The notes beneath the pieces are model-generated. The model was not told where the DNA came from. It saw only the letters and a program-made list of their open reading frames with translations, and did no database searches. From assembly GCA_965219415.1 (NCBI GenBank), contig CBDCNP010000002.1, positions 2,208,001 through 2,272,000 of the forward strand: a DNA stretch of 64,000 nt. Reading direction: 5' to 3'. Positions 50,056-61,150 of this stretch are shown here, in pieces; position 1 is the stretch's first letter; every line of letters starts with the position of its first letter. The DNA comes from Candidatus Marinacidobacterales bacterium. Its GTDB lineage: Bacteria; Acidobacteriota; Vicinamibacteria; Marinacidobacterales; DATDRI01. Made by a program: the position numbers and the translations under genes.

Positions 50056-51302
50056 ATGACGCTCCTACATTTGATTACGCGCCTGAGTCTAGGCGGTTCG
50101 GCCCGCAACACCATCGATTCCGCAGCGGCAGCGGTGCGCGCCGGATATGACACGATTCTGGCTACCGGTCCCAGCGGCAACGAAGTGGACATTTCCCATT
50201 TGGCCGATGAGATGGGATGTCGTCTCCACGTCATCGATTCGCTCCGGCGCGAGATCTCGCCGAGGCGCGATCTTCGAGCGCTCCTGGAGACCTTCCGCCT
50301 GATTCGAACGACAAACGTTGCGATCGTCCACACCCACACCTCCAAGGCGGGCTTCATCGGACGTCTAGCCGCGCGGCTGGCAGGCGTCCCGGTCATCATC
50401 CACACACCGCACGGACACATCTTCTACGGCTACTACGGCCGCGCGCGGACAGCGTTCTTCTCGCCCTCGAACGATGGGTCGCGAAGTTCTCCGATCGCCT
50501 CGTCACGCTCACCGAGCAAGGCGTCCACGAACATCTCGCTCGAGGTATTGGGAGAAGAGAACAGTACCGAGCGATCCCCAGTGGAGTCGACACCGAGGCG
50601 ATACGAAGACGGGCACCCGATCGCGACACCGCTCGAGAGCGACTCGGGTGCCTGCCCGAAGAACGAGTCGTCGTCGGTGTGGGACGCCTCGTGCCGATCA
50701 AAGGTTTCGACACCGCGGTTCGGGCGCTGCCTGGGCTGCTTGCGGGGATTCCAGACGCCCGCCTGGTGCTGGTGGGCAACGGCCCCGAGCGCGCTCGTCT
50801 CGAAGACCTTGCCGTTGCGCTCCGCGTTCGTCAACGGCTCACGATTACCGGAGCCGTCGACGACGTCCCTGGCTTCTTGGCGGCGGCGGACATTCTGGGC
50901 GCACCCTCGCGAAATGAAGGAATGGGACGGGTGCTGGTCGAAGCCATGGCCCTCGGCGTACCGGTGGTCGCCGCCAACGTCGGTGGTGTGTCCAGTGTGA
51001 TCCAGCCCGGGATCTCGGGAAGCCTGGTGTCGCCCAACGACCACGCCGCACTGGCGAGCGCGATGATCCTGTTGCTGAAAGATCGATCCCGACTCGAGGC
51101 ATATCGCGGAGCGGGTCTCGACCGGGCCGAGGAATTCTCCCTAGCGGTAATGGAGCGAGAGCTTCTCGCACTCTATCGGCAAGTCATTTTGGAAAAGGGC
51201 TTGTCCCTCGAAACCAATGCCGATGCTCCATCACCAGTTTTGGCGACCGACCGCTGGAGAACGACCGAGCACTCCGCCTGCTCGTCACCCGATGACCGGT
51301 AA
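50056..51302 (+). CDS. GT4 glycosyltransferase; frameshift near 50460
   Basis: HLITRL..GG, HTHTSKAG, HTPHG; then VGRLVPIKG and SRNEGMGRVLVEAMA. Confidence 0.88.
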
Positions 51303-52889
51303 ACCACCCCGGGTCATAAGCAACGTCCTTTGGAACTGGACCAACTATGGTCTGCAGATCCCGATCGCTTTCTACATCACCCCTCTCCTGATCGCGCGGC
51401 TCGGCGATACGTCCTACGGTCTTTGGATTCTGCTGAGCTCGATCCTCGGCTACTACGGACCCTTGAACTTCGGGATCGACTCCGCACTCGTTCACTACAT
51501 CGCGAAGTATCTTGCGGAAGGGAAACGTGGAGAGATCCGGGAAGGTCATTCGCACTAGCCAGATCGTATTCGCAGTCATCGCTGCCAGTGTCCTGCTGCT
51601 GGGCATTGGTTTCGGCGTCGCCTTCGCATACTCCGATCTCGTCTTCCGGCACGTCTTCAATTTGCCTGAGGAGCTCCGCCGGCCGTTCGCCTTCATCCTT
51701 GTAATTCTGAGCGTCGGAGGCAGCGGCCACCTTCGTCTCTCGTGTCTTCGTGAGCATCCTACGAGCGAAAGAACGGTACGACCTTCTGAACGGCATCCAG
51801 ATCACATTGTTGATCGGAAGAACGTTGGCCATCGTCTTCTTGATGGGCGATTCGCTCGTCGCACTAGGAACGATCTTTGCCCTGTCCGCTGTCATCACCG
51901 GCATCGCCGCGTGGCTAACGGTTCGAAGCGTTTCTCCCGCCGGGATCGAGGATTCCGCCTCCGGATTTGATCCCAACACGTTTCGTACCATAAGAAAGTT
52001 CGGCCTCTACTCTTTCCTCAACTCTCTTGCCGATCAGTTTCGCTTCTACACCGACTCCTTGGTGATCGGGCAGTTCATGAAAGTTCAATTCATCACCTAC
52101 TACAACTTGGCCGCGATCTTCGTAACTTACTTCCGCCATTTTATCGGTCACGCCGCGTCCCCGTTCTTTCCAGTCTTTAGTCGGTATCACGGCACCGGCG
52201 ATACGCAGGCACTGCGACGCACGTTCTTGCGCGCCTCGAAGACCTTGTCCTTTCTGGCCGTCCTGGCGGCCGGAAATCTCATGGGAAGCGCCTATCCGTT
52301 TCTAAAGCTCTGGGTGGGTCAGATTCTGGCCCCGGAGCATGTTCTCTTGGGCTATCAGGTACTGTTGGTGTTGCTACTGCCTTTCACCGTTGAGTTAACG
52401 CAGTCCATCGCGGTTAATCTGATTTACGGAATGGGACAGCACCACCGTCTGACCACCCTGAACGGCCTGGAAGGTCTGGAAGGTCTGGCAAACTTGATCT
52501 TGAGCATCGTTCTCGTGCAGCGTTTCGGACTGGTCGGGGTCGCTCTGGGAACCGGAATTCCTCTGGTCGTCACTCAGATGGGATTCGTCTCCCGCATCGT
52601 GTGTCGTCTGATCGGGCTCGACGTGCTGCGCTACATCTTGCGGTCCATTGTGATCCCGGTGCTGGGCGGACTGGCCTTGGGAGTGGCGCAAATCGTGGTC
52701 TATCGTTCGACCGGCGCCGAGACCTACTGGCTGCTAGGGACGGTCGCCGTTTCGACGTCCCTAGCGTCCCTAGCCTTCGCGATACCCATGCTCTTCCTCT
52801 ATTTCTCGAGGGATGAGCGACAGAATGCTCCTAGAAATGTGGGACTCGTGGAGAGGACCGCACCGTCGGTGACGCTCGTTTCGGGCTAG
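51292..52889 (+). CDS. Wzx/MOP-family polysaccharide flippase; frameshifts near 51535 and 51720
   Basis: TPLLIARLG..YGLW, D.LVIG, LKLWVG, NLILSIVLVQRFGLVGVALGT; about 12-14 TMs across three frames. Confidence 0.82.
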
Positions 52890-55561
52890 TGCTTCCAGGA
52901 GGTCCCCAGGGTGATGTCTACCTTGAGGGGTACCGACAACTGGTAGCAGCCCTCCATCACTTGGCGCACGAGCGCGGAGATGTCTTCCGCCTCTTTTTCC
53001 GGGACCTCGAGAACCAGCTCGTCGTGTACCTGTAGCAACAGGCGGCTCTCGACACCTTTGTGTTGCAGGGCATGCCATAACTCGATCATCGCCTTCTTAA
53101 TGAGATCCGCTGCGGTGCCTTGAATGGGAGCATTGACCGCGACCCGTTTAGCCGCCTCGCGAGTAGCTCGATTTCGACTCCCAATCTCAGGGATGTAGCG
53201 GTGGCGTCCGAAGATAGTCTTCACTTTTCCGGTCAGCTGCGCATCGCGAATGATCTTGTCCAGAAGCTCCCTCACTCTTGGGTAGCGGTCGAAATAGTTA
53301 TCGATGAAAGTCTGCGCATCTCGGGTCGGAACGCCGAACTCTTTACCGAGGGTGAACGCAGTCTTGCCATAGATGATGCTGAAGTTGATAATTTTCGCTC
53401 GTCGCCGCTGCTCGTGCTCGGAAAGCTCGGAGTCTTCTCCAAACACTTGAAGTGCCGTGCGGGCATGAATGTCTTCCTCCTTCTGGAAGGCCTCGATCAA
53501 ATTCGGGTCGCCACTCATGTGTGCGAGAACACGAAGCTCGATCTGCGAGTAATCGGCAGAGAGGAGGAGCCAACCTGGCTCCGCCACGAACGCAGTACGG
53601 ATTCGACGCCCCAGCTCAGTCCGTATGGGTATGTTTTGAAGATTCGGCTCCGAGCTGGACAGTCGGCCGGTCGCGGCAACCGTTTGGTTGAACGAGGTGT
53701 GGATGCGTCCGGTCTCTGGTTCGACGAGGACCGGTAGCGCATCCACGTAGGTCCCCTTTAACTTGGACAGGCTTCGGTACTCGAGAATTTTACGCGGGAG
53801 CTCGAAGTGCTCGGCCAGCTCCTCGAGAACTTCCATCCTGGTGGAGGCTGACCGTTGCTTTTGCGTCTTGCGAAAGGAAGGGAGGTTCATCTTCTCGAAG
53901 AGAATCTCCCCCAGCTGTTTCGGAGAATTGATGTTGAACTCGACCCCGGCGAGCTTGTAGATCTCCGCGGTGAGCCCGGCAAGCTCGATTCCGATCTCTT
54001 CAGACATGGCATCGAGTGCGTCCACATCGAGACGGATCCCAGTCCGATCCATATTCGCCAGGACTTCGATGAGTGGGATCTCGAGGTCGTTGTACACGGT
54101 TCCCAGTCCTTCTTCTTCGATCCGAGGCTCCAGTCGTTCCTTTAGACGCAGGACGGTCTCCGCCCGTTCCGCACTTCGCCTCATTTCGCCTTCCGCGGGT
54201 TCGGCTCCGACGCTGGCCATACCGGGTAGCACGCCTTGTTCGGCGCCGGTATCTTCCGATTCGGCGAGCGGTCGCTGGAGGATCTCGACGGCTAGGGTTT
54301 CCAACTGATGATTTCGTTTGCTGGGATTCAAGACGTATGAAGCGACCATCGAATCGAAGCCGATGCCGTTGAGGGTCACTCCCTTTCTCCCCAGCCAAAC
54401 GTTCGCGGACTTCAAGTCGTGTCCCACCTTGAGGACTCCGGGATCCGACAGGATCGGTCCGATCTCGCTCAGAAGAGAGGACTCCGTGAATTTGCTTTGT
54501 CCACCGCCCACCGCAATGAAAAAAGCCTCGCCCGGCTCGACCGCCAGACCAAGCCCGACCAGGCGATCTTCCGCGTCACCGTCTCCGGTCGCGAGCGAAA
54601 GAGCCAGACACCTTAGCTTTTTCGCCGATTCCAAGAGCCGTTTGAGCTCGGTGGGAGTTGCGATCGGAAGGTACGAACCGGAGGGTGCCGATGCGGTCTC
54701 CGGAAGATATGCATTCAGGAGCGACGTAAAACCGAGCCTTTCGAAGAGCTCGAAGGCTGCTTTGCGATCCGCACCGCGGTACCGAAGCTCCTCGGGCTTC
54801 ACTTCCAAAGTGACGTTAGTGTCCAACTCCACGAGCTTTTTGGAGAGGCGGGCCTGCTCTCGGTGCTCGAGCAACGCCTCCCGTCGCCTCTTGTTGGAGA
54901 TCCTCTCGGCATTCTCTACCGAGCCTTCCAACGAGCCCCATTCCTTGATCAAAGAAACCGCACCCTTCATTCCGATGCCCGGGACCCCTGGCACGTTGTC
55001 GACGCTATCACCCACCAGTCCGAGGACGTCAGTTACCTTCTCCGGCGGCACGCCGAATTTCTCTACCACCCCGGCCGGATCGTAACGATCCTCTTTGCCG
55101 GGATTAATCACGGTGATTCGGTCGGAGACCAATTGCAAGAAATCTTTGTCCGAGGAAACGATAAACACTTCGAACCCCTCGGACTCGGCTCGGGTGGCGA
55201 GGGTGCCGATAACATCGTCGGCTTCTACATCTCGGACCTCCAGTATCGGAAGACCCAACACTTCGCACACTTCCCTGGTCAACGGCTTTTGCACCGCCAG
55301 GTCGTCAGGCGTGGGCGGCCGATTCGCCTTGTATTGCGGGTAGAGTCGATGTCGGAAGTTGGTGCCTCCGGCATCGAAGACCACCGCGACGTGCGCTGGA
55401 GACTCCTCCGCCAGGATCTTTCGCAAAACGGTGGCGAAACCATAGGCGGCGTTAGTTGGAATTCCCTCACGGTTGGTAAGCCGAGGGATCGCGAAGAACG
55501 ACCGGTAGACCAGCGAGTTGCCGTCGACCAGCAGAATCTTGGGTTTGCTGCCTTCGTTCAT
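52886..55561 (-). CDS. polA: DNA polymerase I
   Basis: LVDGNSL 5'-3' exonuclease domain, TGRLSSSEPNLQNIP, ADYSQIELR, QVHDEL. Confidence 0.98.
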   Translation of the reverse strand: MNEGSKPKILLVDGNSLVYRSFFAIPRLTNREGIPTNAAYGFATVLRKILAEESPAHVAVVFDAGGTNFRHRLYPQYKANRPPTPDDLAVQKPLTREVCEVLGLPILEVRDVEADDVIGTLATRAESEGFEVFIVSSDKDFLQLVSDRITVINPGKEDRYDPAGVVEKFGVPPEKVTDVLGLVGDSVDNVPGVPGIGMKGAVSLIKEWGSLEGSVENAERISNKRRREALLEHREQARLSKKLVELDTNVTLEVKPEELRYRGADRKAAFELFERLGFTSLLNAYLPETASAPSGSYLPIATPTELKRLLESAKKLRCLALSLATGDGDAEDRLVGLGLAVEPGEAFFIAVGGGQSKFTESSLLSEIGPILSDPGVLKVGHDLKSANVWLGRKGVTLNGIGFDSMVASYVLNPSKRNHQLETLAVEILQRPLAESEDTGAEQGVLPGMASVGAEPAEGEMRRSAERAETVLRLKERLEPRIEEEGLGTVYNDLEIPLIEVLANMDRTGIRLDVDALDAMSEEIGIELAGLTAEIYKLAGVEFNINSPKQLGEILFEKMNLPSFRKTQKQRSASTRMEVLEELAEHFELPRKILEYRSLSKLKGTYVDALPVLVEPETGRIHTSFNQTVAATGRLSSSEPNLQNIPIRTELGRRIRTAFVAEPGWLLLSADYSQIELRVLAHMSGDPNLIEAFQKEEDIHARTALQVFGEDSELSEHEQRRRAKIINFSIIYGKTAFTLGKEFGVPTRDAQTFIDNYFDRYPRVRELLDKIIRDAQLTGKVKTIFGRHRYIPEIGSRNRATREAAKRVAVNAPIQGTAADLIKKAMIELWHALQHKGVESRLLLQVHDELVLEVPEKEAEDISALVRQVMEGCYQLSVPLKVDITLGTSWKH

Positions 55562-55630
55562 CGCGGGCGGCCATTGTATGGGTTATTCTCTTCGCATGGA
55601 AGGCGCCTTCAAGATAAAATTGGCGATCAA

Positions 55631-56344
55631 ATGCGAACCCCCTCCGCCGCCGTGCTTGTCGCGGCGACGCTGCTGATGAGCCTTTCGACCGGTTGCTCCA
55701 AATTCGAATACGAAGAGGAAGTCGACCTGAAAATCGACGGCTCCGGTGAGTTCTACATCCACGCTACCCAGGCTCTCTTCACGTCTCTGCACGGCGTGAA
55801 CAGGGCGGACTCCGACACCGCCTTTCTCGAGGAGCTGCGCGCGTTCTATGATTCCCCGGCATTCGAAGTGGTCTCCGTGAAGCGTTCCAGACGCGACGCA
55901 CGCACGTTTTTCCACGTCCGAGGTCGGTTCGTAGACCTAGGGAGGCTATCGGAGCAAGCGGGCCTCGCCGTTCGCGGCTTGAGCGTCGGGCGCGGCGAAG
56001 AGCTGACCCTAGAAGCCCACGTCGAAGGGAAGGACTTCGCGGGACTCCCGGACGACGCGCTGGTGGCCTTCCGCTTTCATTTTCCGGGCCCGGTGCGGTA
56101 TCACAATTCGACGATGGGCCTCGAGCGTGGCAATATCGTTCGATGGGAAGCTTCTGTCTCCGAGCTGCGGCGCGGAGCGCCCCTCCGCCTCGAGGCTCGT
56201 TTCGACCGGCGGACGGTCTTCTCCATGACGCTCGTTCTGCTGGGTACCGCTGCGGCTTCGGTGATACTCGTGATTTCGGCGGCGCTCTTTTTTTTGGCTC
56301 GACTGGGCCGTCGGCAATTGGCCGAACAAGTGAGAGCCCAATAA
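55631..56344 (+). CDS. Hypothetical lipoprotein with C-terminal TM (LppM-like architecture)
   Basis: Lipobox LSTG-C, DGSG, C-terminal hydrophobic helix followed by RR. Confidence 0.65.
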   Translation: MRTPSAAVLVAATLLMSLSTGCSKFEYEEEVDLKIDGSGEFYIHATQALFTSLHGVNRADSDTAFLEELRAFYDSPAFEVVSVKRSRRDARTFFHVRGRFVDLGRLSEQAGLAVRGLSVGRGEELTLEAHVEGKDFAGLPDDALVAFRFHFPGPVRYHNSTMGLERGNIVRWEASVSELRRGAPLRLEARFDRRTVFSMTLVLLGTAAASVILVISAALFFLARLGRRQLAEQVRAQ

Positions 56345-56361
56345 AGCCAGGCAAAAAACCC

Positions 56362-57555
56362 GTGAGTCAAATACCAACCGACCAGATCCAAACCATGCTC
56401 TCAGAACGTCAGCTCGACGGCTGGCTACTTTACGATTTCCATGGGCAGAACCCCATCTCGAAGAGAGTTGCTCGCTTCCCCGAGGATCGATTCGCAACCA
56501 GACGTTGGTTCTACTTCGTTCCTGCGAAAGGCGAGCCGGTTGGCATCGTTCATGCCATCGAGAGACACCACTTGGACCATTTACCCGGTCGGAAGCTGGT
56601 CTACGCCGGTTGGCGAGAAATGAGAAAGCGTTTGTCGGAGGCGACGGCCGGCGCCACTCGCATCGCGATGGAGTACTCACCAGAATGCAACATTCCCTAC
56701 GTCTCACGCATCGACGCGGGGACGCTGGAGCTTCTCAAGGGTCTGGGCAAGGACATCGAGAGCTCCGCCGACCTGGTGTCGGTCTTCGAGTCTCGCTTCA
56801 CCCCCGCTCAGGTCGAGCTCCATCGCGAAGCGGCGCGAACCACGACCGAGGCCAAGGATCGCGCCTTCGCCGAGATCAAACAGCGCATCCTCGCCGGTGA
56901 AAAGGCGAGCGAGTACCAAACTCAACAGTTCATTCTCGAGCAGTTTGCGGCACACGGTCTCGTCACTTCCTCGCCGCCTATCGTGGCGGTCGACGAGCAC
57001 GCCGGCGACCCGCACTATGCCCCCAACCCGTCCTCCGATCGGGAGATCGGACTGGCAAGCTTCGTGCTCATCGACCTCTGGGCCAAGCTGGATCAACCGG
57101 ACGGGATCTATGCCGACTTTACTTGGGTCGGCTACGTCGGGCCCACCGTGCCGGCGCGGATCCAGGAGGTTTGGGAGGTGGTGGCGGGTGCCCGCGACGC
57201 GGCCATCGACTTCGTCATCGGCAACGTGCAGCGGAACGAGACCTTCCGCGGATACCAAGTCGATGATGTGGCGCGGAACTTCATCAACGAACGCGGCTAC
57301 GGCGAGTACTTCTTCCATCGCACCGGTCACAACATAGGGCTGGAGGTCCACGGGAATGGGGCCCATATGGACAACTTCGAGACCCGTGACGAACGTGAAG
57401 TGCTCCCGTTCACCGCCTTTTCGATCGAGCCCGGAGTCTACCTCGACGACTTCGGTATCCGCAGCGAGATCAACATGCTCCTCACCGAGGGCAAGGCGGA
57501 GGTCACCGGTGAGCCCATCCAGCGCGAGGTGCTTTGTCTGATCGAGGACGAGTAG
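56362..57555 (+). CDS. M24-family (Xaa-Pro) metallopeptidase
   Basis: LIDLW, YADFTW, HRTGHNIG, SIEPGVY, GIRSE. Confidence 0.92.
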   Translation: MSQIPTDQIQTMLSERQLDGWLLYDFHGQNPISKRVARFPEDRFATRRWFYFVPAKGEPVGIVHAIERHHLDHLPGRKLVYAGWREMRKRLSEATAGATRIAMEYSPECNIPYVSRIDAGTLELLKGLGKDIESSADLVSVFESRFTPAQVELHREAARTTTEAKDRAFAEIKQRILAGEKASEYQTQQFILEQFAAHGLVTSSPPIVAVDEHAGDPHYAPNPSSDREIGLASFVLIDLWAKLDQPDGIYADFTWVGYVGPTVPARIQEVWEVVAGARDAAIDFVIGNVQRNETFRGYQVDDVARNFINERGYGEYFFHRTGHNIGLEVHGNGAHMDNFETRDEREVLPFTAFSIEPGVYLDDFGIRSEINMLLTEGKAEVTGEPIQREVLCLIEDE

Positions 57556-58584
57556 CGAACCGCGTCTCGGTCGTCATCCCCGTTCTGAACGCCGCGCGGA
57601 CTCTCCCGCTCCTCTTCGACGCTCTAGATCAACTCGCACCCGCCCCACTCGAGATCTTCCTCGTCGACAACGGCTCCACCGACGACGGCCCGACCCTCAT
57701 GCGCTCCTTTGCCGAGCGAACCGAGCGCACCGTGAAGATCCTGGAGGAATCAAAGAAAAGCGCCGCGGCGGCCCGCAACACAGGGATTCGCGCCGCGAAC
57801 GGAGAGCTCGTTGCCTTTACCGATTCGGACTGCAGTCCCGATCCGACGTGGCTTACGAACTTGGCGTCGTCGTTCGACGATCCTGACGTCGGAGCGGTCG
57901 CCGGGCGAGTCGTAGGTGCTCAGGAAACGACGTTGCTCGAGCTCTTCGGCTCTTTGTTCACACTGAGACTCCCCACCGAACCCTCCCGACACCGAGAATG
58001 GACGCCGCGCTCGGGGGGATTCCCGACCGCTAATTTCTCGGTGCGGCGCGCGCTCGCCAATGAGCTCGGTGGTTTCGATGAAAACGTGGTCATCTATGGT
58101 GAAGACTACGATTTCTGTGCGCGGATCTATGACCTCGGGGCCAGTATCGCCTACCGACCGGAAGCGCTGGTCGCCCACCATCATCGAGCGAACCTCGGTG
58201 GAATGACGAAGCAGGCTTTCGGTTTCGGGCGAGGGCACGCCTACCTCTTTCGACGCCACGGATCGGGCCTTTGGATCGATCTCCCAGGCCGCGGGCTCAG
58301 CTGGTGGAGGTCCCCGGTACGCGCGTGGTTGGATTTCGCCGCCGCCGACAAAAAACTCTTGGCCATCTTGATCGCGGCGGTCGTTTACGCACCGCTATGG
58401 GTGCTTCTTCCGGTTTACGCTTCCTACCTGAGCATCTCCACCCACCGCCGGGCTCGCGAAGCCGAAGGAGCCACCCCCATCTGAAAGTCCTGCCCAACTG
58501 GCTGGCTTGCTGGTGGTCAAATCCGCCGCCGTGACCTCGGGACGCTGGTGGGGCTCCGTGGTGTACCGAACGCCTTGCTTGTAG
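57534..58584 (+). CDS. GT2 glycosyltransferase; C-terminus probably disrupted near 58480
   Basis: VSVVIP, VDNGSTD, AARNTG, FTDSDC, GGFDE, GEDYD. A plausible tail ending GRWWGSVVYRTPCL-stop at 58584 is in another frame. Confidence 0.85.
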
Positions 58585-58610
58585 CCATCGGCTAATCCCC
58601 ATCCAAGCAA

Positions 58611-58626
58611 GGGCATGCCGCTTGCA
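58611..58626 (+). promoter_or_regulatory. Putative sigma54 (-24/-12) promoter
   Basis: GGGCATGCCGCTTGCA fits GG-N10-GC with TTGCA; lies upstream of the HD-GYP/wza block. Confidence 0.45.
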
Positions 58627-58785
58627 TAGAAGCCCCCATCGGGGTGTTTTTTCCCACGTATCAACAGTTAGAGGTGTGGATTTTTGGCACCACCGAGGGG
58701 AATGCCCCCAAAGGCAAGTTGACAAGGATCCGAGGTACCCGTATGGACCGAGGTATCTCAGGCTAACAATCAGATTACAAAAGGG

Positions 58786-60121
58786 ATGTCAGTTAGAAAA
58801 CTGGCCGTTTTCGCCAGTTTGAGTGACGACACGCTGCTGGAGCTCCAGCCTCTGGTGTCCGAGCTCGGATTGACGACGGTCTTTGCGACCAAATCAGGAA
58901 GAGGCTTTGCGTCTCGTGGACACAGACGATCCGGGGCTCCTGGTAGCAGAAGCCGGCAGGAGCGATGTCGACGTGCCCAGGCTTTGCGCCCGCCTGAGAA
59001 CGGAATCGCCCAACCCGAATATTCCGATCATCCTCATCGGCGCCGCAGGAGGCGGTCGGGAAACTCGGCTGGCCGCTTTGCGAGCAGGAGCCGACGAGTT
59101 CTTTGCTAAACCTCTGGATCTAGAAGATGCGAAACTGCGCCTCGGTGCTTTAATGAGACGAGCACGGCTGCAAGCAACCGGGAACGGCATCGAGGCGGCG
59201 ACCGCCGTTACGACCTCACCCGTTGCGGCCCAGGACCCTCGTAAGCTGTACAAGGATGTGCAGGTTTTGGTGACCGGCGCGCTCGAGCAAGTCAAGAGAG
59301 AGCAACCCATCGCCCTAGACAAGCTCAAGGAGAAGGCCGCGCCCCTCGCCAAGTCCGTTGAGAGCTCCGAGCACATGGTTTCTCTGGCTCTCGGTGAACG
59401 CGAAGCAACGGATCTAGCTACGCATCATGTGAACGTGGCCATCTTGGGGCTTTCGATTGCACGGGAGCTCCGGCTGCCGGAAAGGGAGCTCGAAACGGTC
59501 GCTCTTCTCGGCTTGGTACACGACTTGGGGATGGTGAAGGTCCCCGAGTCCATCCGCTACGCACCCCGGCGACTGACCAGTGAGGAGCTCCGCATCGTCG
59601 CCGAGCATCCAGGTCTCACTCACCAGCTGTTGAAGGGCGCCGGCCCGGAGTATCACGAGCTCGCCGAGATCGCCCACCACGAGCACGAACGTGAGCACGG
59701 ACAGGGGTACCCCCCCGGGGGCTCAAGGGAGAGCAGATTCACAAGCTGGCGAACATTATCGGCGTCGCCGACGTATATGAGGCCTGTACTCATTCCCGCA
59801 CCTACCGCAAGACTTTCATTCCCTACGAGGCCCTGCAGGAAGCTCATCGAAATGCGGGGCAACCAGTTCCATCCTCGTTACATCAAAGCACTCATGAACG
59901 CCCTGACCGTCTACCCCGTTGGCAGTTACGTGCAGCTGAACATCGGCGAGATCGGTCGTGTGCAATCAACTAATCGCAAGAATTTGATGCGACCAATGGT
60001 GGGGCTCATTTGGAATGACCGGGGGCAACGATTCGCATCGGCCAAGATTGTCGACTTGTCGGAGAGTACGTTTCTTTTCGTTAGCAAGCCGCTCTACGAA
60101 GAGCAACTACCCCAGTCGTAA
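58786..60121 (+). CDS. REC-like + HD-GYP cyclic-dinucleotide phosphodiesterase; frameshifts near 58891, 59715, 59841
   Basis: IPIILI, GADEFFAKP; HHVNVA, LVHDLG, HEREHGQGYP; re-framed IIGVADVYEACTHSRTYR. Confidence 0.85.
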
Positions 60122-60147
60122 TGGTTGCTAGAGGACGCGAGAAGGCA

Positions 60148-61135
60148 ATGCCGCTTTCGAGGGGAATGTTCATCCTCTTGTTGGTAGTTGGCCAGATTTG
60201 TGTTCCGCAGTTCGCTCTCGCTTCTCAGCAGGAAGACAACCAGGCGTTCACCACCACTCGGGGCTTCGCCGAGTATCGGATCGGACCCGGCGATGAGCTT
60301 CGGATCCGTATCTGGACCGGCATCGATGCCAAAGAGTACGAAGTCTTCGTCCAGGCAGACGGAAACATCTTCCTCCCTTTTCTGGGACCTGGCTAGCCTC
60401 AAGGCGGGAAATAAGAGTGCACTGGAGCTTCGCGACGAGATCGTCGGACGATTGCGGGAGTCGTACCGGGACCCGGCAGCGGAGGTCAGGGTCACGAAAC
60501 GCGTAGCTAGGCTGGTTAGCGTAATGGGAGAAATCCGTAACATGAACAGGGCGGAGACCGGACCCGGCCGCTACGCACTGCCGGGTCGGATTCGGCTGGT
60601 GGAGTTCGTCACTCAGCACGGTGGCTTCATCGAAGAAGCGGATTTCAATCACACCCGCCTCGTGCGCAAAGGGGAAACCTTCATCTACAACCTGTCGAAA
60701 GCAATCTTCGAGAACGACGGCTCTCAAAATCCTATCCTGGACTCGGGCGATCTCGTTTACATCCCTTCCCTCGACGTCAACAGTCGCAAGATCCTCATCT
60801 TCGAGGAAGTGGGCAATCCGGGACTCCTGCAGGTGAGCGAAGATCTTCCCATTGCAGAGGCCATAGCCCGCATGGGAGGCATGACCAGGAGCGCACACCA
60901 GAGTGCGGTATCGGTGGTGCGTGGTGGTTTGGAAGAACCGACGGTCATGGTCTCCAACTGGGAAGAAATGAAGAAAGGTGATCTCTCACAGAATTTCACC
61001 GTCCAGAACGGAGACCTGATCTTCGTGGGACGCCGAAAACTGGCGACGTTCACGGACATCATGCAGGCCTTCGCGCTGCCCTTGTCCGCCATCTACACGA
61101 CCATCTTGATCAGCAATGCTTCGGGCTCCAACTAA
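60148..61135 (+). CDS. Polysaccharide export protein (Wza/SLBB); frameshift near 60388
   Basis: YRIGPGDEL, DGNIFLPFLG, VSVMGE, L..GDL.Y, SLBB repeats. Confidence 0.85.
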
Positions 61136-61150
61136 CTCTAGTAGAAAGCA

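Noticed and set aside
58590-58785. c-di-GMP riboswitch or IHF site before HD-GYP
   Set aside because: No GEMM tetraloop/receptor motif; TATCAACAGTTA has spacing one base off the IHF consensus.
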